A DNA stretch of 35,867 bases. Origin: Bacteroidia bacterium (GTDB lineage Bacteria; Bacteroidota; Bacteroidia; NS11-12g; UBA9320). The position numbers were made by a program, and so were the translations under genes. The notes under the pieces are model-generated. The model was not told the DNA's origin and made no database searches. It worked only from the letters and a program-made list of their open reading frames with translations. Below, piece by piece: positions 1-8,101 of this stretch (position 1 is the first letter of the stretch; every line of letters starts with the position of its first letter). The stretch spans positions 1-35,867 of the forward strand of contig JAQWZS010000075.1 in NCBI GenBank assembly GCA_029253325.1. Direction: 5' to 3'.

Positions 1-33
1 GTCAAATTCTTCAATGTCGTATACTACTTTCAT
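1..33 (-). CDS. 5' end (11 codons, MKVVYDIEEFD...) of a gene continuing past the left window edge; identity not determinable (a RibF-like position downstream of truB is only a synteny guess)
   Basis: ATG at 33..31 overlaps the truB TGA stop (32..30) in an ATGA junction; the frame stays open to base 1. Confidence 0.35.
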   Translation of the reverse strand, partial: MKVVYDIEEFD

Positions 34-728
34 GAGGTAAGTTGTCTTGCAAATTTGAAAAAATCTTCAGTATCTCGAATATCTGATATTTGAACGGCAT
101 CACTTAAGGGATAATCTCCAATTGATGTTCTGACCAAAGAAGACATATATGCACCACTATCCAGAGCATAACCCAAATCCCTTGCCAACGATCTTATATA
201 AGTGCCCTTGCTACAATTTATTTCGAAATGTAATTTAGGAAATGAAGATTGATCTAAATCAAATTTAGAAATGTACGCATCACGAATTTTTAGTTCAATT
301 TTTTTTCCTTTTCTAGCATGTTCATAGGCTCGTTTACCGTTTACTTTTACTGCCGAATATTGTGGTGGAACTTGTTTGATTTCTCCTCGAAATTGCTCTA
401 ATTTTTCTTCTAAAAAGGCGGGCGAAATATGATCATATGGATACTCATTGTCAACAGCTGTTTCTAAATCAAATGACGGTGTAGTCTTACCCAATTCAAA
501 TGTTCCTTTATATCCTTTTTCTTGGGCTTGCATGGATTCAATTTTTTTAGTGTATTTACCATAGCAAATGATTAACAAACCAGTTGCCAATGGATCTAAT
601 GTTCCTGCGTGGCCTATTTTCTTGATACGAGATATGTTTCTAAGTTTCTTGACTACATCAAAACTTGTCCAACGGATAGGCTTATCTATAAGTAAAAATC
701 CCCCTTCTTCAATTGTCAAATCTCCCAT
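30..728 (-). CDS. truB: tRNA pseudouridine(55) synthase TruB
   Basis: 232-aa ORF with TruB signature GHAGTLDPLATGLL (catalytic Asp) and N-terminal IDKPxxxTSFDVV segment. Confidence 0.93.
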   Translation of the reverse strand: MGDLTIEEGGFLLIDKPIRWTSFDVVKKLRNISRIKKIGHAGTLDPLATGLLIICYGKYTKKIESMQAQEKGYKGTFELGKTTPSFDLETAVDNEYPYDHISPAFLEEKLEQFRGEIKQVPPQYSAVKVNGKRAYEHARKGKKIELKIRDAYISKFDLDQSSFPKLHFEINCSKGTYIRSLARDLGYALDSGAYMSSLVRTSIGDYPLSDAVQISDIRDTEDFFKFARQLTS

Positions 729-729
729 T

Positions 730-1812
730 TTATTTTTGAGCTAATCGATACATGACAAATGCAACAATACCGAATATTATATTAGGAATAGAGGTAGCTA
801 AAAAAGGATGCATTGAACCGCTTGAGCCATAGGCTAAGAAAAACTGAAAAACAATTAAAAATGTAAAGCTTATTAGTAAACCTACACCAAGATTTAATCC
901 GATCCCACCTCTTGTCTTTTTAGTTGATACGGAGACTCCAATAAGTGTTAATATGACAATAGCTAATGGCATTAAAAATCGCTTATATTTCTCCGTTGAA
1001 TAAAAAAAGGTATTTCCTGTTCCTCGCATCTCTTCCAAACTGATCATTTGATCCAACTCCCTCAAATTAAACATCTGAACATCGTCATTTTTACGAAAAA
1101 AATCCTCTGGATTGAATGGAATAATTGTATCCATAAACTTCCCCTTTGTTAATACTTCACTAGAATCTTCAAAACGTCTAATCCACCACTTAGTCAGCTT
1201 CCATTTTTCTGTCTCCTCATTCCAACTCATACGATTAGCGTATAACTTAGATTTTAACTCCCCATTACTAATGTTCTCTATACTCACTTTGTAACCTGTA
1301 CTGTCTGAAAAATTAAAGTTACCAATACTCAGAATATTACCTGGTGAAATCTGAGTTTTAATTTGAGATTGCGAATAATGCGAACGCTCACGTATGTATG
1401 TGTTCTCAAAGTCCACACGAGTCTTATCAGCCTTAGGAATAATCCACGCCGATAGCGAAAAAGATACGAGTGCTAAAAAAATAGCTGTAATCGCATACGG
1501 AATCATGAGTCTCTTGTAGGATACTCCACTCGCTAATATGGCCACAATTTCAGAGTTCTGAGTCATTTTAGAGGTGAAAAAAATGACAGAAATAAATACA
1601 AAAACTGGACTAAAAAGGTTGAGCAAGAAGGGGACCCAATTCACATAATAATGAAAAACTACCTCATAGAATGGAGCATTATTTTCAATAAATTCATCAA
1701 TCTTTTCTGAAACATCAAAGACAATAATAATTACCGTAAAAAGCCCTAACGCAAGCAAAAATGCTCCTAGGAATCTTTTTATAATGTAGTAATCAATCTT
1801 TGTTAACTTCAC
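730..1812 (-). CDS. LptF/LptG-family (YjgP/YjgQ) LPS export permease
   Basis: 360 aa; N-terminus YIIKRFLGAFLLALGLF... typical of the family; three N-terminal and three C-terminal hydrophobic segments flank a large soluble loop. Confidence 0.85.
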   Translation of the reverse strand: MKLTKIDYYIIKRFLGAFLLALGLFTVIIIVFDVSEKIDEFIENNAPFYEVVFHYYVNWVPFLLNLFSPVFVFISVIFFTSKMTQNSEIVAILASGVSYKRLMIPYAITAIFLALVSFSLSAWIIPKADKTRVDFENTYIRERSHYSQSQIKTQISPGNILSIGNFNFSDSTGYKVSIENISNGELKSKLYANRMSWNEETEKWKLTKWWIRRFEDSSEVLTKGKFMDTIIPFNPEDFFRKNDDVQMFNLRELDQMISLEEMRGTGNTFFYSTEKYKRFLMPLAIVILTLIGVSVSTKKTRGGIGLNLGVGLLISFTFLIVFQFFLAYGSSGSMHPFLATSIPNIIFGIVAFVMYRLAQK

Positions 1813-1831
1813 TTCTTTAAAGAATTATGGA

Positions 1832-2185
1832 TTAACCATTAGGGTTGATTTTTTTGATAGCTGCACCAAATAAATCAGATATAGCCTTGCACTCTTCTAA
1901 CACTGGATTTAAAATCTCCAAACTTACCCAACTTTCATCCTTGATTGTATCTATCCAATAATAACATCCGTCAACAGACTCTCGTGCATCATTTAATTTT
2001 TGAAGAAAAAAATCAGGATTTTGAGTCACCATAAGGCCTTTGGATTTAATAGCTAGGTTGGATGAATGGGTAATTAAATGTTCGCGAGTCACATTGCTCA
2101 TTAAAACATCCTTTGGTAAAACAAGTGCTATTTTCAAGCAAGTCTTGCTCAAAACTTTCGTACGGTCGTAGATATTTTCTATCAT
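1832..2185 (-). CDS. small four-helix-bundle protein (divergent member of the 23S rRNA-intervening-sequence/Avd-like family)
   Basis: 117 aa, all-helical pattern. The central ...DFFLQKLNDARESVDGCYYWIDTIKDE... resembles the family pattern DF..K...A..E....YWL. Its start overlaps the tgt stop (ATGA at 2182..2185). Confidence 0.55.
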   Translation of the reverse strand: MIENIYDRTKVLSKTCLKIALVLPKDVLMSNVTREHLITHSSNLAIKSKGLMVTQNPDFFLQKLNDARESVDGCYYWIDTIKDESWVSLEILNPVLEECKAISDLFGAAIKKINPNG

Positions 2186-3300
2186 AAACGTTGATCTAAT
2201 TTTTTTACCATGCTATTCTTCCAACTCACAAAGGTATCATTCAATATATGTTTTCTTGCTTCTCCTACCAGCCATAAGTAAAACTTCAAATTGTGCTCAC
2301 TTGCTATTTGAGCTCCTAAATATTCTTTTGCTTTGAATAAATGCTTGAGATAAGCCTTGCTATACTGGGGGGTCAGTTCTTCATCAACCGCAGAATAATC
2401 ATCTTCCCACTTTTTATTTTTCATATTGATCGTACCCTCTTTGGTAAACAACATTCCATTTCTTGCATTTCGTGTTGGCATAACACAATCAAACATATCT
2501 ATGCCCAAATGGATACACTCCAAAATATTGCTAGGAGTACCTACTCCCATCAAATATCTTGGCTTGCTTTCAGGTATGATCTGACATATTTGATCGCTGA
2601 TGGCATACATATCTTCGTGAGGTTCTCCTACCGATAACCCTCCTATGGCAATACCATCTGTATCGTGCTTCAAGCAATATTCTGTACTCTGTTGTCTCAA
2701 ATCTGAGAAAGTGCTTCCTTGAATAATCGGAAAAAGCTGTTGATTGTATCCATAAATAGGCTCTGTCTCTCTAAACCTTTTAATACAACGATCCAACCAT
2801 CGGTGAGTCGTGTGCATAGAGTTGGTTGCATATTCTCGTGTAGACGGGTAAGGAGTACACTCATCAAAAGCCATAATAATATCTGCTCCAATAATACGCT
2901 GTGTATCCATTACATTTTCGGGGGTAAAAAGTAATTTATGTCCATCAATATGACTCCTAAAAATCACTCCCTCTTCTGTTATCTTTCGTTGATCAGAAAT
3001 ACTATACACCTGAAACCCACCACTATCCGTCAGCATGGGTCTATCCCAATTAATGAATTGATGTAGCCCCCCAGCTCCTTTTAAAATATCCAATCCTGGC
3101 CTTAAGTACAAATGATACGTGTTACCCAAAATGATTTTTGCATCTATCTTGTCTTTTAGTATCGCTTGATCTACTGTTTTTACCGTACCTTGTGTCCCAA
3201 CAGGCATAAAGATAGGGGTTGGTATCTGACCATGGTCTGTAGTTATTAACCCAGCTCGAGCTTGGGTATTTTTATCGGTGTGTTGAAGTTCGAAAAACAC
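2182..3300 (-). CDS. tgt: tRNA-guanosine(34) transglycosylase (queuine tRNA-ribosyltransferase)
   Basis: 372 aa; motifs ARAGLITTDHGQIPTPIFMPVGTQGTVK, LTDSGGFQV, FDCVMPTRNARNG; apparent GTG start at 3300..3298. Confidence 0.95.
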   Translation of the reverse strand: MFFELQHTDKNTQARAGLITTDHGQIPTPIFMPVGTQGTVKTVDQAILKDKIDAKIILGNTYHLYLRPGLDILKGAGGLHQFINWDRPMLTDSGGFQVYSISDQRKITEEGVIFRSHIDGHKLLFTPENVMDTQRIIGADIIMAFDECTPYPSTREYATNSMHTTHRWLDRCIKRFRETEPIYGYNQQLFPIIQGSTFSDLRQQSTEYCLKHDTDGIAIGGLSVGEPHEDMYAISDQICQIIPESKPRYLMGVGTPSNILECIHLGIDMFDCVMPTRNARNGMLFTKEGTINMKNKKWEDDYSAVDEELTPQYSKAYLKHLFKAKEYLGAQIASEHNLKFYLWLVGEARKHILNDTFVSWKNSMVKKLDQRL

Positions 3301-3995
3301 TATTGGAATATAAAACTAATTTGGATTAATTTGGGGGATATTCTTTTCAAGCTTGAAGCATAAATATACTCATCCGGCACCAATTGGTTACCTAAACTAT
3401 TACTTAACTTGAGTTCTGGACTGAATTTGAAATATTCGTAATAAAAATCAAACCCAAAACCTACATCATACGAAAACGTGTTGGGATACATGGCTACAAT
3501 GGGCTTGGTATCACTTCGATCTGTTTCGATATCACTAGTAAAATCAAAACGGTAAGTCAACCCACCCAAAAGGTACAGTCGTGCATTTTTGTGTCGAACA
3601 CTCTTGTATTCAAATGTGAAAGGCACTTCCATATAGGTCGATTCCATTTTAGCTGTTTTTACAATATCATTTTTGAAATGATAGTTCAAATCTCTGCGGG
3701 CAAATTGAATGTTCAACATGGTACGCAAATCCCAATGCTCCGCCAATCGAAAATTGACTAATCCACCTAAACCAAAGCCAGGATAGGATACTGACTCTAT
3801 ACGTTTTAGTGAATCATAGTTTAAATTATTATCATCCACCGAGAACTTCATCTTGGCTGTATTCCCCATTATCCCGAAACCAAAACGTACTGGTCTTCGA
3901 TCGTACAATGGGTTCAACTCTTGTGCTTGAGCAAACATGCCAAGTAAACTAATAAAGCTAGTTATTATTATTTTATTCCTGTGTATATGGAACAT
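3300..3995 (-). CDS. outer-membrane beta-barrel protein, PorT-family-like
   Basis: 231 aa; signal peptide ending ...GMFAQAQ; alternating aromatic/hydrophobic strand pattern rich in G/Y/F; aromatic C-terminus (..ISFIFQ); 28-nt overlap with the ubiE 3' end. Confidence 0.55.
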   Translation of the reverse strand: MFHIHRNKIIITSFISLLGMFAQAQELNPLYDRRPVRFGFGIMGNTAKMKFSVDDNNLNYDSLKRIESVSYPGFGLGGLVNFRLAEHWDLRTMLNIQFARRDLNYHFKNDIVKTAKMESTYMEVPFTFEYKSVRHKNARLYLLGGLTYRFDFTSDIETDRSDTKPIVAMYPNTFSYDVGFGFDFYYEYFKFSPELKLSNSLGNQLVPDEYIYASSLKRISPKLIQISFIFQ

Positions 3996-4687
3996 ACGCC
4001 AAAGGTTAAACGCCTGTCATCCACTTTTCGGTATGATAGACTTCTCATTATTTGCTTAAACTCATCCCCTTCTGGAAATGCTGCCACAGATTCAGGCAGA
4101 TAAGTGTAGGCTGCCGAATCTCCAGAGAATAGCTTTCCCCAGAGCGGAAGTAGTGTTTTATTGTAAAGGTTAAAAATTAAACCAAACAGACCCGTTGGCT
4201 TTGAAAATTCTAAAATCATCACCACACCACCAGGCTTAAGTACACGATTAATCTCCGAAAGTCCTTGACTCAAATTCTCAAAGTTTCGAACACCAAAAGC
4301 CACAATCACTGCATCAAATTGATTGTCTTCGAATCTCAATTTTTCGCTATCTCCTTGCTCTAATCGAACATTTGTTACGCCTCGATCAGCAATTTTTTTT
4401 CTACCCACATCAAGCATTCCCTCCGATATATCTACACCTATAACCTCCTCGGGTTGAAGCGGCAAGGTTGCCAGAGCAAAATCTGCTGTACCTGTAGCTA
4501 CATCCAATATCTTTTTAGGTTCGTGCTTGGCAAGCATTTTGATTGCTTTTTTTCGCCAACCTACATCAATTCCTAGAGATAAAAAACGATTCAAAAAATC
4601 GTATTTGTGAGCAATGTTGTCAAACATCTGTTGTACTTGCTCTTTCTTAGAGCCATCGGCTTGGTATGGTTTTACTTTGGTACCCAT
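3968..4687 (-). CDS. ubiE: demethylmenaquinone/ubiquinone C-methyltransferase (UbiE/MenG)
   Basis: 239 aa; FDNIAHKYDFLNRFLSLGIDVGWRK N-terminal signature and SAM motif ILDVATGTADFA. Confidence 0.92.
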   Translation of the reverse strand: MGTKVKPYQADGSKKEQVQQMFDNIAHKYDFLNRFLSLGIDVGWRKKAIKMLAKHEPKKILDVATGTADFALATLPLQPEEVIGVDISEGMLDVGRKKIADRGVTNVRLEQGDSEKLRFEDNQFDAVIVAFGVRNFENLSQGLSEINRVLKPGGVVMILEFSKPTGLFGLIFNLYNKTLLPLWGKLFSGDSAAYTYLPESVAAFPEGDEFKQIMRSLSYRKVDDRRLTFGVCSIYTGIK

Positions 4688-4700
4688 TTTAAAGGTTGTG

Positions 4701-4708
4701 CAAATTTA
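4701..4708 (-). promoter_or_regulatory. candidate Bacteroidota -7 promoter box (TAAATTTG) for ubiE
   Basis: Minus strand reads TAAATTTG, an exact match to consensus TAnnTTTG, 13 nt upstream of the ubiE ATG (4687). No clear -33 TTTG seen. Confidence 0.3.
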
Positions 4709-4787
4709 GGTTGAATCTTGTGATTTTATTCACTACGTTTTAAACTTAATAATCTATCACAGGTTATAACAAACCACTATCCAGTTT

Positions 4788-5411
4788 GTGTTCTATCTTC
4801 GCAGTGTGAATTTTGCTAATGCCAAATTTTTAAGAAGCTACAGTCTAGTAGAACAAATCACGGATAACAAAAATCCAGAATTTGCTTTTATCGGTCGGAG
4901 TAATGTAGGAAAAAGTTCCTTGATTAATGCTCTAACAAGCAAAAAAGATATGGCAAAAACCAGTGCTAAACCCGGTAAAACTCAACTGGTCAATTTTTTT
5001 GATGTAGAAAACATCCTCAATTTGGTGGATTTACCAGGATACGGCTACGCCAAAGTAAGCAAGCAAAAACGGGAAGTTTTTGAGGAATTAATCACCGAAT
5101 ATTTACTGAGAAGTGAAAATTTGTTCATTGTCTTTGCACTCATTGATGCAGCTATTCCACCCCAACGAATCGACTTAGAGTTTATGGCTTGGTGTGGCGA
5201 GCATCGGGTACCTGTAGGCGTTATATTCACCAAGACCGACAAGAAAAAAACTAAAATTGTAGAAGCCAATATGACGGCATTTGAAGACGAACTCAGTCGA
5301 TTGTTTGAACACCTTCCCGTTACTTTCGAAACCAGTGCCAATACCAAACGAGGCATAGAAACCCTCAGCGAATGGATTGAAGAACAGATAAATACCATTA
5401 ACCATTCATAA
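4788..5411 (+). CDS. engB: ribosome-biogenesis GTPase EngB/YihA
   Basis: G1 GRSNVGKSS, G3 DLPGYG, G4 TKTDK. The GTG at 4788 opens the ORF; the GTG at 4806 (..VNFANAKFLRS) is an equally plausible start. Confidence 0.9.
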   Translation: MFYLRSVNFANAKFLRSYSLVEQITDNKNPEFAFIGRSNVGKSSLINALTSKKDMAKTSAKPGKTQLVNFFDVENILNLVDLPGYGYAKVSKQKREVFEELITEYLLRSENLFIVFALIDAAIPPQRIDLEFMAWCGEHRVPVGVIFTKTDKKKTKIVEANMTAFEDELSRLFEHLPVTFETSANTKRGIETLSEWIEEQINTINHS

Positions 5412-5634
5412 AAAATGAGATTTGAGTTTTCGGTCAATTTGTAAAAAAATGTTCTTTTTCATAATACGTAGAGTTAAATATTAGTCCCGTAAAATTGAGA
5501 AAGATTTTTTAAAAAAACAAGGGGCTAAAAATGGAACAGAATTTTACCTTCAGGGAGTTTTATCACCCTAAGTATCTCATAGTCAGCAACTAATATTCTA
5601 AAAATGAAAGACCCAAAAAATCAAAACATGTATA

Positions 5635-5677
5635 AATATCATATCCAAATATAATTAATATCATATTTTTAAATAGT
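5635..5677 (+). repeat. intergenic repeat element, copy A (AATATCATATCCAAATAT-N4-AATATCATA-(TTTTTA)-AATAGT)
   Basis: 5635-5652 is identical to 21029-21046, 5657-5665 to 21051-21059 and 5672-5677 to 21060-21065. The 9-mer AATATCATA occurs twice at 22-nt spacing. Confidence 0.85.
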
Positions 5678-5686
5678 AAATTGAGG

Positions 5687-8080
5687 CTATTCTACCACAA
5701 AACGGCGAACATCGTAGGCTTGGTTTTGTATGGAAATTCCAACCAAATACACCCCCGCAGCTAAAAACGAAATATCGATTTTGTGCGTCAATTCAGGTCC
5801 GTTTAATGGATGAGAATGGATTACCTGCCCTTTTAGATTCGTGATCTCCAAAACACCCGTTTGTGGACTCGCCAATTCTACATTGATTTCTTGACTGGCT
5901 GGGTTCGGAAATAGCTTGAATGCGGGTCGTTTGTTCGAATTAGTAACATGCGACAAGGCAACATCGTACATGGCCAAACAATACTGCCCCTTACGAAGGT
6001 TGGATATATCAATAGTTCCACGTTTGTCAAAGAGCGAACCCATGTTTTTGGAATAGTCTGAGGCCTCTGTCCAAGGAGACTGTGCATTGGGTCGGTGCAA
6101 TAGCACCAGACTATCTTCGGTAGAACGTATCAAATCGGTATCTAAAAATCCATAGTCTGGAGCCGTGGCTTTTAATCCACTATAAATGAGTTGTGCTGCT
6201 ATCTGGGTGTTTACGCCCCAAAGTCCTTGTACCTCCCAATAGCGTTCTTTGCTGAGTTGTGCCCCTTGGGGTTTACCGTACGTCCCATCTGCAGGAGCCC
6301 AATGGTGGGTAACCCATAACTGGGCCGAATCTTGATTGGTATCCACAAGTCTCACTTTTTTCATCATTCCATGCGTGAGATTTTGTTCCTCGGAAGTTAT
6401 TGCTACCTGATCTGTAGTAGTAGCATCGCTGATTTTATCATCGGGATCGATAACCCAAAATTCAGGTTTGAATGGACAAGTTATTGAAAACGTTTGTTGG
6501 GATTGACTCACTGTAATGGTCGTATCATACCGCTTGCCCTCGGTAAATACTGCTATAGATAGTCGAACATCCGTGTAGATCTCTTGATTAAAACGAGGAG
6601 TCTGCTTGATGATAAGTTGATAGACATCGTCATCGTTGAGCACAGAAAGGATATCAAAATGAGCAAAACCAGCCGTTTTGACCCATTGCTCAAAAAAACC
6701 AGTCAAATCCAATGAGGTATACGACTGGAAATGAGTATGCATATCTTGGGTAGTGACATCTTTGAATTTGTAGGTGGATTGGAAGCTTTGACAAGCCTCA
6801 AAAAAGGACTGGTCTCCCATGAATCCTCTTAGGGTATGTACCATGTCTGCTCCTTTATCGTACACGTGTCTTCCATAGGTGTTAGCATGACCTATACCAC
6901 TTACAGGCAATATTGCTTCATCGAGCACATGGGCAAACTGCAATACACTATGGTGATTGGCTTCAATATCATCATCGTAGGCTTTTTTACCATAAACCGC
7001 CTCTAAAAAAAGTCGTTCGGAATAGGATGCCCAACCCTCATTGAGCCACATGTCTTCTTGCGTTTTACAAGTGATGGTATTTCCCCACCAGTGGTGTGCC
7101 AACTCATGAGCAAACAAGGTTTCAGAAGTTTTATCTCCATTGGCTATGGCGTATCTAGGATAGGCTATATTGGTAGCATGCTCCATAGCTCCACTGTTAA
7201 AAGGTACGGTATTGAACCCTACCCGATCGAAGGTATGCTTGCCATAGGAAGACTCAAACGTACGAATACAAGTCGGTAGGTTTTCGAAGCTTTTTCTCAA
7301 ATTGGCCGTATCAGAAGCTAGAGCGGTTAGAATCACTGGTATACCATCTACGTTCATTCGAATTTCTTCGTATGGAGCTATGGCCACAGCTGCTAAGTAG
7401 GTAGGAATGGGATCATCCATTTGCCAATGGAAGGTCTCGGTTTGATCTGAATTTTTGGTAGTTTTTTGCAACAATCCATTAGCATAGGCCTTGTAGCTTG
7501 AATCTACCCTAATCAAAAAATCATAGGTCGCCCTGTCTGTAAAATTATCAAAGCATGGAAACCAAACTCGGCCAAAGTTATGAGGATCTGAAGCAAAACC
7601 TACGCCCAAATTGAAGGCATATTTACCCGAAAAATAGAATCCACCCCATTGAGGATCTTGCACTGGTTCGCCTGAATAAGAAACAACCACTTGAAGCGTA
7701 TCTCCGCTTTTGACATTATCCAAATCAATAACCAAATTGGGGCTGTTATAATTAAACTTCGCCGACTGTCCATTCACAGAAACGGAAGAAACAGGTAATT
7801 CCAATAAGTCTAATCGCATTTGAAAAGTCTCTTTTTTCAGTCGAACACGGAGTGTCGTTTGTGCATCAATACTCTTATCAATTGCGTAGTTTAAAAAAGA
7901 TGCATTAATGCGATAATGCAACACATCAAAAGTATCTGCCCTGGAATCAATGGTATTTTGTGCTTCATATTCTTGATTCATTTTCATGTGACGACAAAAC
8001 TTTTGTGCATAACAAAAACTTGAGGCCATCATTAAAAATAACATTCCGATGATTCCTTTTTTAGACATTTCCTTTAACAT
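5687..8080 (-). CDS. M1-family zinc aminopeptidase with T9SS C-terminal sorting domain
   Basis: 797 aa; signal peptide ..SSFCYAQ; GAMEN-type exopeptidase motif (SGAMEH); HELAHHWWGN (HEXXH at 7094..7108) plus WLNEGWASY glutamate ligand. The C-terminal ~80 aa (FKLFPNPASQEINVEL...GVYLVGI...RRFVVE) is a typical type-A T9SS CTD. The alternative start MSKKG is at 8068. Confidence 0.88.
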   Translation of the reverse strand: MLKEMSKKGIIGMLFLMMASSFCYAQKFCRHMKMNQEYEAQNTIDSRADTFDVLHYRINASFLNYAIDKSIDAQTTLRVRLKKETFQMRLDLLELPVSSVSVNGQSAKFNYNSPNLVIDLDNVKSGDTLQVVVSYSGEPVQDPQWGGFYFSGKYAFNLGVGFASDPHNFGRVWFPCFDNFTDRATYDFLIRVDSSYKAYANGLLQKTTKNSDQTETFHWQMDDPIPTYLAAVAIAPYEEIRMNVDGIPVILTALASDTANLRKSFENLPTCIRTFESSYGKHTFDRVGFNTVPFNSGAMEHATNIAYPRYAIANGDKTSETLFAHELAHHWWGNTITCKTQEDMWLNEGWASYSERLFLEAVYGKKAYDDDIEANHHSVLQFAHVLDEAILPVSGIGHANTYGRHVYDKGADMVHTLRGFMGDQSFFEACQSFQSTYKFKDVTTQDMHTHFQSYTSLDLTGFFEQWVKTAGFAHFDILSVLNDDDVYQLIIKQTPRFNQEIYTDVRLSIAVFTEGKRYDTTITVSQSQQTFSITCPFKPEFWVIDPDDKISDATTTDQVAITSEEQNLTHGMMKKVRLVDTNQDSAQLWVTHHWAPADGTYGKPQGAQLSKERYWEVQGLWGVNTQIAAQLIYSGLKATAPDYGFLDTDLIRSTEDSLVLLHRPNAQSPWTEASDYSKNMGSLFDKRGTIDISNLRKGQYCLAMYDVALSHVTNSNKRPAFKLFPNPASQEINVELASPQTGVLEITNLKGQVIHSHPLNGPELTHKIDISFLAAGVYLVGISIQNQAYDVRRFVVE

Positions 8081-8101
8081 TGTACGAAGATAAAACCTAT
8101 T

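Noticed and set aside
1112-1294. 60-aa + strand ORF, plus similar short antisense ORFs at 2341-2637, 2697-2891, 2719-2934, 5878-6087, 7058-7279, 8628-9030, 9165-9347, 10345-10554, 12150-12666, 12936-13151, 13668-13934, 24281-24828, 27093-27736, 27929-28542, 29124-29390, 31167-31385, 31556-31855, 32953-33177 and 35246-35503
   Set aside because: All are embedded in, antisense to, or out of frame with strongly supported genes. They have low-complexity, biased compositions typical of AT-rich shadow ORFs and no motifs.
5045-5437. 130-aa and 76-aa minus-strand ORFs opposite engB
   Set aside because: They are antisense to a GTPase gene with intact G-motifs. Their S/L/C-rich sequence has no features, so they are most likely shadow ORFs. 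A non-coding antisense RNA remains possible and is covered in the findings.
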